Assembly (NCBI GenBank): GCA_050084985.1
Contig: JBITNC010000001.1
Coordinates: 43,214,001 to 43,278,000, forward strand
Direction of reading: 5' to 3'
DNA length: 64,000 bases
Origin: Nageia nagi
Taxonomy: Eukaryota > Plantae > Pinophyta
In this document: positions 13,066 to 27,200 of the stretch, in pieces
Numbering within the stretch: the first letter of the stretch is position 1
Layout: each line of letters starts with the position of its first letter
The notes under the pieces: generated by a model
Database searches by the model: none
Told to the model about the DNA's origin: nothing
What the model saw: the letters and a program-made list of their open reading frames with translations, nothing else
Program-made: the position numbers and the translations under genes

Positions 13066-14523
13066 TCATTAAATTTTTGTATAAAAATTATGGACTATTA
13101 AAATTTTGATTGAAGCTTTATATTTATATATAATAACATTAAATAAAAATATTTTAATTTTTAATAGTTTTATTTTTTAAAATTATAAAACATGGATAAA
13201 ATAAAATATGTATCGTATAATAAATAACAATTTAAGATTAAAAAATAAAACTTGTTAAATGATTTCTAATTAATATTAATTTATTATTTAAAATAAAACT
13301 CATTGAATATTTTTTTATAAACTCTTCATGGATATTTAAAAAATATAATTTTATTTAGTGATGTTATTAAAAAGAACATCTTAATTTTTATTTAATATTA
13401 AAAATGAAGTTAAATATCTAAAATCATATCATTTGACATCATCAATATTTATTCCTCTAATACTTCTAATGATGCCATTGAAGATGATATGCTTTTTCAC
13501 TCATAAGAAGTTTTAGTTATATGCAAGACCTCATTATTTCATGAGAAATAAATTAGAGTTTGTTATTTCTATGTAAGTTTTTTATCATCAAAAGTTTTTA
13601 AAGAGTTATGGTTTACATGGTTTGATTTCCATGTAGGTGAAGTGGATCCTTAAAAATGTAAATAGGGTTATGTTATTTGACTAACAATAATTTCATTTCC
13701 ATCAACATTTTAATTTAGTATTATTTGTTGAAGTTATTCTTGGTACTAATTTTGATCATGCTTTTATCATATTTACTATTGTAATTAATCCTCATTTTAT
13801 GCATTACAAATCTAAATTTTTATTTGAATAACTATTTTTTATGCCACCTTTATATGGTGTATCATATTTATGGAGCTTGAAACCTAGTTCCCAAATCAAC
13901 CAAGCTTGAAGATTATACAAAATGGTGGAATTATGTTAAAGCTTGCATTCTAATTTTATTAGTTTGTAATACTTATTAAGAGTTTTTAAAACTTTTGATA
14001 GGTTTCATAAACTAATAAGTATCATTTTTATTTGGTTTACATTTTGAATACTTTAGGTTATTATAGATTGTTAGTATTTAATCATTCTTAGGATTCATAG
14101 GTTGAGTAGGTGACTATATACAATTAATCAATAGTAAGGTTAATTTTAATCATCTACATATTATTGAATCCATTTATGTCTTCTAAATCCTAAAAATTTC
14201 ATTTTAAGGCATCAAATATTTTATGGAGTTTTTCATTGAAAACTCAGGTTTTACTTGATCTTTATTTATCTTAATTTTTACCAAAATTAGAAAACTCTAT
14301 TGCTTTGAAATTATTAAGAATTGATGGAGTTTTTATTTTATGGAAAAATTTTTTCTATTAAATTCCTAAATTTTAACCTAATGTTTGAAAATATTATTGT
14401 TACTTTTGCATTAAAACCTTCCTAAATCATAAGTATTGATGATAGGCATCTTTTATGAAGGAATTAAATGATTATTTAACTAAGATCACTTGTGCATAAT
14501 CCAACAAATTAACACTCATTACA

Positions 14524-17000
14524 TGTAGAAATATCCTTAATAAAAAATAGATGGGGCTCCACATTTGCATATATGTGGATAATTCATATTTCATAATAAA
14601 TGGATTATTTCATATTGCTAAATATTTTTCATCTTAACTTACGTATTGTATATGATCCTTTGATTTTCAATTAATTAGGAATAATATACCTTAAATTATT
14701 TACATAATAATACATTACAAGTTCTAACACTTCCCTTTAATGCAATATTAGAGTACAAAAAAGAGAACATTAAAAAGAGTTTAAGAGAGTCCTCCATAAT
14801 AAAAGATAATTGGAGATAAGAACTTAACATCTTGAGAAGTAATAGGATTTAGATATTAAAAAAAGCACAACTACTTAATAATTTTAATAAATAATATTTA
14901 TAGTACAATAATCATCAATCATAAATGATTATAATGTACAAGTAGTAGTCATTTAACAATATGTTGACATGATAAGCTTCTATGAGCTTGAATACTCAAA
15001 ATAACTTACAATCTTTAAAAGAAACCTACAAGCTACAAACAACTCATAAAAATATCAATTAGATGCATCATATATACATTAATTTCAACATAAGATAAAT
15101 GAATCAAATAATTTTGTCTATAAATTAAACAAATGGTGCACTATAAGCCATCATAAATATGCTAATTGGTTTATAGTCATCTATTGTATCAACAAAAAAA
15201 TGTACATACTAGTTCATCATATGTATTTAACTAAAAAATATACACAAAGTTCATTATAAGCTCCAAAATACGCAAATAAGTTCCTCACACATGGATACCT
15301 AAGTATAAAAATGCATATAAAGTTTTTTGAGAGGTGAAGATAAGAATTTTCAATAATTCATACTTTACTCTTCCATAGGTTTTAAAATGCACAAATAAGT
15401 TCTTCACACATGGATACCTAAGTATAAAAGTGCATACAAAAAATATTTCTAGAGGTGAAGATAAGAACTTCCAATAATTCATACTTCACTCTACCTTAAG
15501 GATAACTTTACCATATTAAGAGATGACAAGAATTTTCAAGAATTCATATTCCACTCTCATATATCAGTTGGTCTCTAATGGACGTTAACATAATTTACCT
15601 TTACTTTTACCCTTACCTTTTACTACCCCTTAAAGTCAATTTATCATCTTAAGAGATGATATGATTTCATATAACTTTATGTTACAATATTTTTTTTTCA
15701 TCCATTCTATATGCAAGTTGATATCATATATTCTTTCATTATGAAGTTAACATGATATCAGCATAATCCTCTTTTGAGGGAAACTTCATTAAAAGAAAGA
15801 CTTAAACAAATGAACTAAAGTGATTACATTGACCATATTCTAATACACTTATTATCTTAACCAAACCATATCATGTAAAATGTTTGTCTTAATATAATTA
15901 AGTAATGAATTATAAAAATATTTAGTAAGTGCACTTAATACACACTTAATCAAAAAATGTATTAATATTTCGATTAGGTTTTAAATGAATACTCAGTAAA
16001 CAAATTAAGGGCAAACCATTTTCATTATAAATTAAAAAAGCATAAGATAGTAACTAGTACATTTATCAAATGCATAGTTCCATCATAGTAAATAGATCAT
16101 TCATCTAGAAAGGTATTCTTCTTAATATCTTAGATTATTTAGATTATAAACTTAAAATTATTCATTTTAAATTAATTTTATATAGATACTTACATATCCA
16201 AATCCATAAAATCATGCACACCTAATAGTGTATTTTCCTCGAAAGAAATCATTTGAGGGCTTACATGAGCAATGACTTTTAGTTTTATAGTCTTCAATTC
16301 TATGCTTAAATCACTTATTTATTTGAGAAGCTTTTCTTTTTCAAAAATAAAACCATTCGATTCCTCCATAATAATTTTGAATGCCTATTTGCACACCATT
16401 ATATTTATTTTAAATACATCATAATAGATTCTTAAAGCATTTAGTTTCTCATGTAAAGTCCTATTTTTATTCAGTAATGCAATATAGGTAATGATACCTA
16501 TTGATCATTCTTATCTAGAATTAATATAATTGTAACTAGAATTGAATATTCTTTATTTTTTTAGTATTACTTTGAATATCTCCTCTTGTATCCCCTTCAT
16601 TCGAGGATAAACCTAAGTGTACTAGAAATTGGTTCGTTATAACTAGAATTGTATTGCTTAATTCATATGTTGACCCTTATTTATGGAATAAGCATTACTA
16701 TCTGAAATGATAAATGCCACCAATTCTATTAGTTAAGTTGTTCATGTTTACATACATGATATTTATTATAGCGATACCAAGTATCTAATCATTTTATGCC
16801 AATGTTGTATAATTGAAAGCTTATAAATGATAAAGACATTAAGGTGTCTAAGTGATGAAAAACTTTTGAAATTTTTTTCTTTGAATTTTTAGAAACATGT
16901 AACCATTGAAAGAATAATTTTGTATCATACAACTATACATAATCATTAATATCCTTCACATAAGTAGCTAATTAAGATATACTTTCTAGTAAAAGGCACT
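14524..17000 (-). mobile_element. Highly decayed Ty1/copia-like LTR retrotransposon relic
   Basis: Minus strand reads PPT+LTR start TTGCATTAAAGGGAAG-TGTTAG at ~14720-14745. A GAG-pre-integrase-like QHWHKMIRYL (cf. LWHxRLGHL) occurs near 16780-16810. Boundaries approximate. Confidence 0.4.
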
Positions 17001-17189
17001 CATCAAAAAAATATTTTTCCATCATAATCTATGTAAAAGATTAATATCATCACTAAAAATATTATTGTTTTCCACCAATGAATTAAGGTAAGTATTCTTA
17101 CTATTAAGATAATAATTCATGCTATCAATGAATTAAGAAATTATTCTTATCATAAAATAAAATAAGCTCATAAATAACAAATGTTGGTA

Positions 17190-17760
17190 ATAACATCAAG
17201 TGCCAACTTGATCATAACATTAATTAATATGCATATGATAAATATCAACTTGAACATACCATTAGTCAAGATGCATAACGATAAGCATCAACTCAATCAT
17301 ACTAGTAAATATGCATAGCCATAAGCATCAAATACCATCTTAAGATGCACTTATTCTTATACATTTATAAATATGTTGGATTGGAGGTTTAAGGTCTTCA
17401 CAAACAATATTATAACCTAGATGAAGAATAAGCCATAAAATACCAACACAAGATTCATATGTTCTTATCCATTTATAAATTCAATAATAATATTATAACT
17501 TGGATGAAGAAACAAGCCACAAAATATCAATCATACATTTTTATCCATTTATAAACATGTTGAATTAGAGGTTTAATATATCCAACAATAATACTATAAC
17601 CTAGATGAAGAATAAGCTATAAAATGATAATCTTGATTATACCATCTAGTCAAGATGGATAAGCTATAAAATATCAACTTGACTATGCCACCTAATCAAG
17701 ATGCATAAGGCACAAAATTGAAATTTGACTATGTCATATAGTCAAGATACATAAGATGAA
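17190..17760. repeat. Degenerate ~45-50-bp tandem repeats
   Basis: Recurring tagtcaagatgcataag..ataaaatatcaacttga and ctagatgaagaataagc motifs. Confidence 0.7.
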
Positions 17761-17808
17761 ATGATATTAATCCATCAACATAAATTTAAATATCCATTAA
17801 TCTATAAA

Positions 17809-18264
17809 CATGGATATAACTTCCCAACATGGAAGTAACAATATTGTAAATAATTTATCAACATAGATATAACTTCATAACATGGAAGTAACAATATGGA
17901 AAAAAATCCATCAATATGGATATAACTTTCCAAAATAGAAGTAACAATGTAAAAAATAATCCATAAAAATGGAAATAACTTCTCAATATATTAGTAATAA
18001 TATGAAAAATAGTCTATCAACATGGATATACTTTTTCAAAATAGAAGTAACAATGTGATAAATAGTCCATCGATATGAATATAACTTTCTAACATAGAAG
18101 TAATAATGTGGTAAATAATTCATCAATTATGGATATAACTTCTTAACATGAAAGTGATAATGTGATAAATAATTCATCAAGTATAGATATAACTTCCTAA
18201 CATGAAAGTAACAATGTGGTAAATAATCTATCAACATGGATATAACTTCTTAAAATAGAAGTTA
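17809..18264. repeat. ~53-bp minisatellite, ~8.5 copies
   Basis: Consensus catggatataacttcctaacatagaagtaacaatgtggtaaataatccatcaa recurs every 53-54 bp. Confidence 0.9.
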
Positions 18265-18477
18265 AAAAGTAAAAAAATAATAATTACATAAGATTTTATA
18301 TATATTACAAATTAACATCATTTATCATACCATTTATGTTTTTGTAAAAATATATAAGATTTAATAAGATTTATTACCTATTCTATAAGAGTATTTATCA
18401 TGGCCATTAATCATTAATCATGGCCATTTATATCTTTGCAAAAATATACAAGACTTAATGTACATTAAGAATTAATG

Positions 18478-18890
18478 TGAAGGAAGAAGAAGGGGAGAGG
18501 AGGGGAAGAGGGAGAGAAAGGTGAAAGGGAAGGAGAGGGGAGAGGAGGGGTAAAGGGAAGAAGGGGAGTAGGGGAAGGTGAGAGGGGAAAGGGGAATGAG
18601 AAGGGTATAAGGGTTAGAGAAAGGGTGGATGTGGAGAGGCAAAAGGGGGAGGAGATGGGGAGGAAGGGTTAAGGGAGGAGAATTAGAGGGAAGGAGAAGC
18701 ATTATAAGGGAATAAGGGGAGGGAGAAAGGGTGAAGGGGAAGGAGAAGGGGAGGAGGGTTAGAGGGATAAGGGATAAAGAAATAGTGAATGGGGGAGGAT
18801 GAGAAGGGGTGGAAGGGAAAGATGAAGGGGAGAGGGATAAGGTGAGAGGAGGTTGAGGAAGAAGGGTAAGGTGAAGGGGAGGAGGGAATT
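18478..18890 (+). repeat. Polypurine tract related to the end of the 11.4-13.1 kb tract
   Basis: Shares ggcaaaaggggaggag and gggagaaagggtgaag words, and is followed by the same AT-rich block as at 13070. Confidence 0.85.
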
Positions 18891-21789
18891 TCATTAATGA
18901 TAATAAAATTGTTAACACCTTTGATAATGCAACTTTCATTGTTATAAGAATTTAATATTTAAGTGATATTATGATTATTTTTATCTTAAATGAAAAGTAT
19001 ATTATCATTGAATTTTTATAATTATTATTCATTATTTTAAAAATTTTGTATGAAAACTATTGATTATCAAAATTTTGATTAGAGATTTATATTTTTAGAG
19101 AATCTTAATGTATATACTAGATAACAATATTAATGAAAAAAATTATACTTTCTAATAGTTCATTTCTTTTAATTATAAATCATGAATAAAATAAAATAAC
19201 TATTGATATAATAAATTATAATTTAAGGTTATAAAATATAATTCATTACATAATTTCTAATAAAGATTAATTTATTATTTAAAATAAAATTCATTGAATA
19301 TTTTTTTATAAACTCTTCATTGATATTTTACAAAATACAATTTTTAAAAGAACTTTATTTAGTGATTATCATTGAAAGAACATCTAAATAGGTCATGTGA
19401 ATCTTGTTATTTAGCATCTGTAATATTTATTCCTCTAATACCTCTAATGATGCCATTAAATATGGTATGCTTTCTCACTCTCACAAGTATTTTGGGTTAT
19501 ATATGGGACCTTAATATGATTATAAGAGCCTTTGATAAAGTTGGAAACCTCTCAATGTGGAATGAGAGGATTTTTATTTCATGAGAAATAAATTCGATTT
19601 TATTATTTCTATGTAAAATTTTTATCATCAAAATTTTTTGATGAGTCATGGTCTACATGGTATGATTTCCAAGTAGGTCATGTGAATCCTTAAACATATA
19701 AATAGGACTATGTTATTTAACTAATAATAATTTTATTTCCATCAATATTTTATTTTAGTACTATTTATTGAAGCTATTCTTAGCACTAATTTTAATCATG
19801 CCTTTATCATGTTTACTATCATGATTAATTTTCCTCCTTTTAGGCATTATAAATCTAAATTTTTATTTGAATACCTCTTTTTTTATGCCATCCTTATATG
19901 GTTTATCATATTCATCAAGTTTGAAACCTAGTTCCTAAATCAAGCAAGCTTGAAGGTTATACAAAATGGTAGAATGATGTTAAAGCTTGCATCATAATTT
20001 TATTAGTTTATAAGACCTATTAAAAGTTTAAAATAAAAAAATTAAGATTTATAAAATAGAACTCATAAAATTATAAAATAAAATAAGTATCAATATAATG
20101 AATAAAAATTTAATGTTATAAAATAGAACTCATTAAATTATTTCTAATAAATATTAATTTATTATTTAAAATAAAATTTACTAAATATTTTTTTGTATAT
20201 TCTTCATGGATCTTTTAGAAAATATAATTTTAAAAAGATCTTTATTTAGTGATGTCATTGAAAGGGTTTTATCTTCAATTTTATTTATCAATAAAAACTA
20301 AATCAAATATCTAAAATCATGTCATTTACCATCATTAATATATATTCATCTAACACCTCTAATGATGCCATTGATGATGGTATGCTTTCTCACTCCCGCA
20401 AGTAGTTTGGGTTATATATGAAACCTTAATATGATTGAAATGGCCTTATCTTCAATTTTATTTATTAATAAAAAATAAATTAAATATATTAAATCATGCC
20501 ATTTTCTATCATTAATATCTATTTCTCTAATGCTTCTATTGATGCCATTGAAGATGGTATGCTTTCTCACTCTCGCAAGTAGTTTGGGTTATGTGTTGGA
20601 CCTAAATATGATTGAAAGGGCCTTCGATAAAGTTGGAAACCTATCAATGTGGAATGAGAGGCTTTGTATTTCATGAGAAATAAATTAGATTTTATTGATC
20701 TAATGCATGTTTTTTACCATCAAACATTTTTGATGAGTTGTTGTTTATATGGTCCAATTTCTAAGTAGGTCATATGAATCCTTAAACATCTAAATAAGGC
20801 CATGTTTTTTTGAATATAAATATTTTCATTTTTATCAACATTTTATTTGTAGTATTATTTGTTGAAGCTATTCTTGGCACTAATACTTTAGATCATGCCC
20901 TTATCATGTTTACTATTATGACCAATCCTATTTCTTTTAGGCATTGTAAATATGTTTTTCTACCCTTACATGGTTTGTTATATTCATTGAGTTTGAAATC
21001 TAGTTCCTAAATCAACCAAGCTTGAAGGTTGTACAAAATGGTGGAATGATGTTAATGCTTGCATCACCATTATATTAGTTTGTAATATCTATTAAGAGTT
21101 TTTCAAAACTCTTTATAGGTTTTATAAATTGATAAGTTTAAAGAAAATTAAATGTGGACTTCAAATCACTTCATTACATAATCTTGGCAATAAAGCTACC
21201 CAATTCAGAAGGCAATATAATGCAATTCTGTAAGAGAAGTTAATCATAGCTTTTATCATAATAGTAATTCCCTCTTAGTGAAACTCTTTGATCTTGTAGC
21301 TTAGCTTCATTATGAATTAAAAATTGTTAAGATTTATGAGGTTAGAGGTGCCCAAATCAAAGCTCAATTGCATAGACTTAAAGTTTGTGATAAAAGGAAT
21401 TCTTTTAATGGATTTGATTGCAACATCAAGCCAACCAAGCCAAATTTAGATAAGATTGAGGGAAGAGACTTACCTCTTTACCTTACATAATGAATTCCTT
21501 TGTAAGGTATTATATGCAAGTGCTTGTTATGTAAAGTTGAACACTAAAAGTAAAGAATCTTAAAATAAATGTATTTCTATCATCTCTATGAAAGGTTTAA
21601 TAGTAAAGAGGGGAAAGTGTAAAAAAATCTTTCCCTAGAATACCATACCAAATCCTTTTCTTAAATGTTAATAATAACATATTATCTTGGATAGATCCCC
21701 TTGTGAATTCTATAAGAAAGTTTGTGACTTGGTAGGTCTTAACTTGCATAAGGGATTCTAATGTTTCTCTTGATTTATTAATCAATTAT

Positions 21790-23140
21790 GATAAATATAA
21801 AATGCATTCCCAAACATGGAGACCTTGAATTAATTACTAATTGGAGATAAAAAAATTCTTATGAATATCAATTAGAAAAGTATTATTAAAACTTTTTATT
21901 TATGTCTTAAATCCGTTTCTATCATTGATTGTTTATCCAAAACAAACTAGTTTCATTTATAACTAGTTCATCTCAAATAATTTTATAGTAATATGTGAAG
22001 ATATAGAATGGGTTAGGTCCTCCTAGAAAATGACTTTATTTACCAAAATACACTTTGGAAAAACCTATGATTGAGTTGAGTGGAATTTCATTATATCTAT
22101 GATGCTTCAGGCATTGGGCTTTTTATTAAGAGATACCATTTTTATTTTATTATTAAATGGCACATAATGTGAACTAGTTGGGTTATCTCATTTAGTATGC
22201 TAAGGTTATCCTTTAGCCCACTCAATGTATGTTTGGTAGTTCAAACCTTTGGCTACTTACTTTCCCATCAAGTGTGTCTTAGTTTGGTCAAGTAAATTTT
22301 TCTTTCTTAAAATCGAAGACAACTTGTAAATGGGCATTTTGCAAAAAAATGCTTTCTTGCTCTATGTGAGGATGAACAATTTGTTAAACAAGCTCTTGAT
22401 TACTTAGAAATATTTTGCAAAGCTTTAGGTTCTAGAATTAAATGATAAAAATATCTTGTTACAAATAATTGCCTATAGATTTTCCTAAATGATTAGAGTA
22501 ATTTTAATGTAATAAGATTTAATTAGGTGATATGTTGAATTTTTTAGGCATTTATTTTTTCCTTTATTCATCTCCATTTAATTTATGGAGGTTTATTATT
22601 TTAAAATTAGAAAATTGAAAACTTTGAGAGAAATTCTGATAAGGCCAGCTAATATGATCCTACTTAGGGATAGACTAACCAACATCCACCTTACACTGGC
22701 CTTGGATTGCTCCTAGTCTGAACTAGTTAGCCTTCCCTCATGTCTTATTGACCTATACTACACACATAGGGCCTTGAGCCATTGTATACATAAGGTATTT
22801 CAAACAAACTTGTGCTATTATCAATCATAGCTCCTTAGGACATTATGCACCCAAGGGCTTTCGAATTAGTACACTTAAAGCACCAGATAATCATAGCTAC
22901 AAGGGGTAATTGCCCCTAGTAGTGGCTCTTCACCCAACCATGGAATCTATTATTAGGGATATTTCCCCTTCAATAGTTCTTCCATAGAGTTGTGCCTTGG
23001 TCAGATGATCGACCCTTACCTCGTGCACTTGCCAACTTGATACCTAGGGGAGAGGACATCATTCCCTCTTATATCAAATATTAACTTACCAAAAATATTT
23101 TTTGGTTGATAAATTCTAAATTTGGTCCAAGGTTTTAATT
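21790..23140 (+). mobile_element. Degenerate L1-clade LINE ORF2 reverse transcriptase (interrupted at 22637-23076)
   Basis: Ordered motifs: PKHGDLELITNWR, QTSFI..FISNNFIVICEDIEW, KIHFGKTYD*VEWNFIISMMLQALGF, *GYPLA (QGCPL), LVNGHFA (FADD lost), FCKALGS, FLGI. FLVDKF*IWSK resumes after the insert. Confidence 0.85.
22637..23076. mobile_element. Probable 440-bp solo LTR inserted in the LINE
   Basis: Begins TGATAAG and ends CTTATATCA (TG..CA, imperfect terminal inverted repeat). Higher GC than flanks; LINE motifs on both sides. The TSD is imperfect (aattc/aatat). Confidence 0.55.
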
Positions 23141-23177
23141 ACATTGAAAATGGTTGAGCATTAAATGACATCTCATT

Positions 23178-24170
23178 GTATTACTCCAAATATATAGGAA
23201 AATACATGACAAATATAGGATAACAACCTTTAACTAGGTTGTTATAATAAATAAGTAAATAGACCACCCAAAACATTATATATCCTAACACTCACTAAAC
23301 TTGGAGTTTGTTGAGATAAACTCAACTTATTATGATAATACTAATATGTATAATATTTATAACACTAATTTATCTAACACCCCCTCCCTTAATGATAAAT
23401 CCCTGGATTTTTTCATTACATCAACATCACACTCAATGACAACAAGATAATTATTATTCAAATCAAATTCAATAGTAATGATCTTAATGAAGTCTTATAA
23501 CAAAACCATCCAACAACATACAAATCATAATAAACTTTATTGTCATAATGATCATCTAGTAGCATATAGAAAGCTATATTATCATAATGACCATAAACTA
23601 ACATGATATTGTAGAAAACTTTCCTATCATGTCGGTTATTGGTAACCTTAAATTTTATCATATTGTTTATTGACAATATCAAATGACCAAGGATAGGAAC
23701 TTATCACATATACCCATGATCAAAGATGTAAATAGGAACCTTATCACATTTGTTTACAACCATATCAAATCAACAATAATGGTTGGGAACCAACACAAGA
23801 TTAAGGATAGTATTCTTCCAACAAGCTTCTATAATATCTCTAATTATGTCCATAAAAAGGGGCTATAATTTGGACCAAAAATTAAAATTTCATCTTTTTA
23901 AAATCTACCAAATATTTTTTGGTAAACTTGTAATGGATCTCAAAGAAAATTCATTTTTAAAATGAATTTATTTAACTATATATCTGATTTTGTGTATCAA
24001 ATAGAGCTAAAATTTGGACCAAAGATTCAAATATTTTCTTAAAACAAACAAATGGATTTTGAAACTTTTCCTAGAGATCCCCTAGAAAATGTAATTTCTT
24101 CAAAATCTCCTATTGAAAATTTCTACAATTCTATTCCTATTTTAAATTCTATGACACCATATATCATTTC
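23178..24170 (-). mobile_element. Short copia-like/TRIM-like LTR relic
   Basis: Minus strand has PPT+LTR start CATTAAGGGAGGGG-GTGTTAG at ~23374-23394 and a degenerate Met-tRNA PBS (TGGTGTCATAGA vs TGGTATCAGAGC) at ~24148-24159. Confidence 0.35.
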
Positions 24171-24279
24171 ATGAGTAACATGCCCTCTCATGTGAGGTAT
24201 TTGCTCTTTTTAAGAGAACACATATAACAAGATCATTTATATGGTGTAAATATTTCCCATAATGATATATAAATGTATA

Positions 24280-25390
24280 ATAATAAATAAAATGATGAAT
24301 ATGATGAGTATATATATGGAGGAGTTGTATAAAAAACTCCTATAATGAATTTCTTTTGGTGTATCCAAATTATATCTTCTCAAAATATCATTGTGCATCA
24401 CCCTATAGTAATTTTAATGCAAGTCAAAATTTTAAAGTGTAATATATCCTAACAAAAAATTAGGAATACAAAGAGTACATATATAAAGGAGTTGTGTAAC
24501 AACCTACCATTATGATATTCTAGGTATTTTCATTATGCTCAAATTATATCTTCTCCAACTAATATCTTGTATCACACTAAGGTAATTATCATGCAAGTTG
24601 AAAGTTTATAAGGCTCTAAATCATAATCCTAAAAATGAAAGGAAGCATAGCATCCTTATAGATATGATAGTTATATATCAACCTCTTATTATGATATTCT
24701 AGGTGTTTACTTTATGCCCATATTATATCTCAAAATAATATCTTGTGTTACATCCCTACAAGAATAGTTATGCAAGTTAAAATTCTAAAATGTGATGCTA
24801 TACATCCTAAATATTATAAAAAATGATGAATATGAAGAGCTTATAAATAGAGAAGTTGTGTAGCAACCTCAAACTTATCTTATATGCCAAAATTATATCT
24901 CCAAATAATGTCCTAGGGCAATAATCATGCAAGTTAAATTCTAACATGTAATGTTCTACATCCTAAACCTAATAATGACATAACACATGGCATGCTTATT
25001 AATATAATATTTATGTAAAAACCTCTCACTATGATATTTTATGTATTTAAATTATTCCTATCTCCTTAAAACAATATTCCACTATGATATTTTAGGTGTT
25101 TAGAGTATTATTATCTCCTTAAAATAATGTTATATGTCACCATATATGGTAATAGTTATCCAAGTCAAAATTAAGAAGTATAATTTTGACATCCTAATCA
25201 TAATAGAAAATGAGGACTATGAAAAGCTCATAAATAGATATATTGCATAGCAATATGTCATTATCATATTTTAGGTGTTTACATTATATGTAAATTATAT
25301 CACCTTTAAATAATATCTTGTGTCACCTTAAGGTAATAGTTATATAAGTTAAAATTTTGAAGTGTAAGGTTCTTAATATTAGTCATAATA
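24280..25390. repeat. ~170-190-bp degenerate tandem repeat, ~6 copies
   Basis: Recurring gagttgtgta..aacctc..attatgatattctaggt..aaattatatct..taat..atgcaagt.aaaatt motifs. Confidence 0.85.
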
Positions 25391-26859
25391 TGAAAGAATA
25401 CATGGCATGTTCCTTCAAGTTCATCTATATAAAAATAACAATCAACCTCACAAGCATATCATAGACCTACTTGTTGATACTTAAAATTAATTTTGTATAA
25501 TATCAAAAATACCCCTAGAGATAAAAATAAAAAGAAAAACAAATACACAAATAAATATGGAATATGAAAACCTCTATTAATCTACAAATAATTTATTTTA
25601 TATGATATAATATAATGTAATATTAACTATTAATTAAATATAAATATATACTATTTAAAATAATAAAAATAAAATATAATAAATTATGTTTATACTTAAT
25701 TTAATTTTATCTTTTTATTTAATTTTTTAATGTTATATTTATGTTTTTTTGGCTTAAATTAGAGGATGGATTTTTGAAAGGAATCCTAACCTTTTTACAT
25801 AGCCTTTGTTTCGAAGATATTACAATTGAGCTCACATGAGAGACACATGCTTATAGGAGGCCAGTTTTAGAAGTCCAAATTCAAATTTGGCATTAAGCCT
25901 TAAAATTGTTAAAATACCATGGAATTCAAAGAATCTACCAAATTGAAACAAGAACAAAAATAAAATTCTAAACCAACATATGAAACATGGAATTTTAAAA
26001 TCCACTCAATTGAAACAAAAACTATAATAATATGAAAGCTAAAAAGAACTTCCTCTATAAGGCCCAAAGGAAATGAAAAGGGACTTGAAATCACAAAGAA
26101 AGATAACATACAAAAGGTACCTCCAACACTCGATGTTGAATTTGAGATTGGTTCTCCTCCACACATCAAAAATCCATGCTCTAGGTTAGCCATTACAAGC
26201 TCCCAAAATTGTTCTTCATTCCAAGTACCACCTGAAAACTATTGGTTTAGCGATAGATAATTTTCCTTACTTAGGTTTTATCCTAAAATCTACATTGGTT
26301 TCCCTTTCTTAGGTTTTCAAAACCGTAAACTATGTACTACCAACCAACAAACATTTCCTTGTGTGGGTTCTCATGTCCTTGTATCACCAATTATAGAGCC
26401 CATACATTTACAACTACCATTAACTCAAGTCAAAATAGGAATTGCAAAAAATTTCTTCTATTAAAACCCATCTCTAAAAATCCCTCTAAGTGGAGACCCA
26501 AAAATGTGTAATTAATGAATAAATACACAAATAAATAAATGATCTACAAATACAATGATAACATGCTCTATATCAGATTACAACAAATATACATGAAATA
26601 TATAAACTTGATATAGAGTGGAATTGTAGCTAGGTTGTGTACAACCCTTAAAGTGGAACAATAATGAATCTCCAAAGGATTATGATTGAAATTCAAATGA
26701 GCTTGCAACATATATTCACTAGAATGGGTTTACGATTTGTTCTCCAAAATTTGGACCTCCCAATCTAAAAGGCACACATTGTTGGTTGCATGGGACTGAC
26801 ATGTTGTTGGGTATGTAGGACCTAATGTTTTGTGTTGCATGTAAAGAAGAGAGAGTATA

Positions 26860-27200
26860 ACAAGTTCTCAATATAGGTGGCATCAAGAGACACCATAAGT
26901 TTGATGTTTGGGAAAACCACCTACTATTGAGATCTGATAGGGATGTCAACCTTCACCTCTCATATTTATAACCTACAAGGAAATAAAAAAGAGTGAAAAC
27001 TAACACATATAAATAACAATAATCTTTTCAATATTCAAGATAATTTAAAATATAACCCATAGCATATGATACTACATTGGTCCTAGCACATGGTATTGCA
27101 ATATAATAACACTTTATCTTGATTTATGCATTATTATCATTTAATCATTTAATGAGTCTAAATATTATTTATTAAATAAATAATAAATCATTTTTAGGAA
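26860..27200. repeat. Dispersed repeat copy 1 (copy 2 at ~28840-29180)
   Basis: Collinear similarity: taggtgg..aagagacac..gatagggaYgtcaacct..tataaccta.aaggaaata..cacatggtattgca. Confidence 0.85.

Larger units (their letters stand above)
3125..21140. repeat. Degenerate composite repeat built from duplicated AT-rich and polypurine modules (possible non-autonomous Helitron-like array), with other insertions
   Basis: Duplicated blocks seen directly: ~3130-3400 and ~10320-10630; ggtgaagtgat... block at ~3668, 8667, 9242; aattttatgtagagt... block at ~3890, 5592, 10675; a third block at ~13070-14000, 19040-20030 and 20100-21140. Confidence 0.75.

Noticed and set aside
17809-18264. Regularly spaced repeats (also 60570-61270) as a CRISPR array
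   Set aside because: Whole units are homologous, with no unique spacers; no cas genes; eukaryotic context.
5167-18939. Long Pro/Leu/Ser/Phe-rich minus-strand ORFs and Glu/Gly/Lys/Arg-rich plus-strand ORFs (e.g. 7556-8497, 12414-12947, 18472-18939)
   Set aside because: By-products of polypurine/polypyrimidine tracts that rarely contain stops; no extensin-like periodicity or domain.
19372-19584. LDLNMIERAFDKV / RAFDKV in the triplicated block as a LINE RT motif
   Set aside because: Isolated resemblance to KAFDRV; no flanking RT motifs in order.
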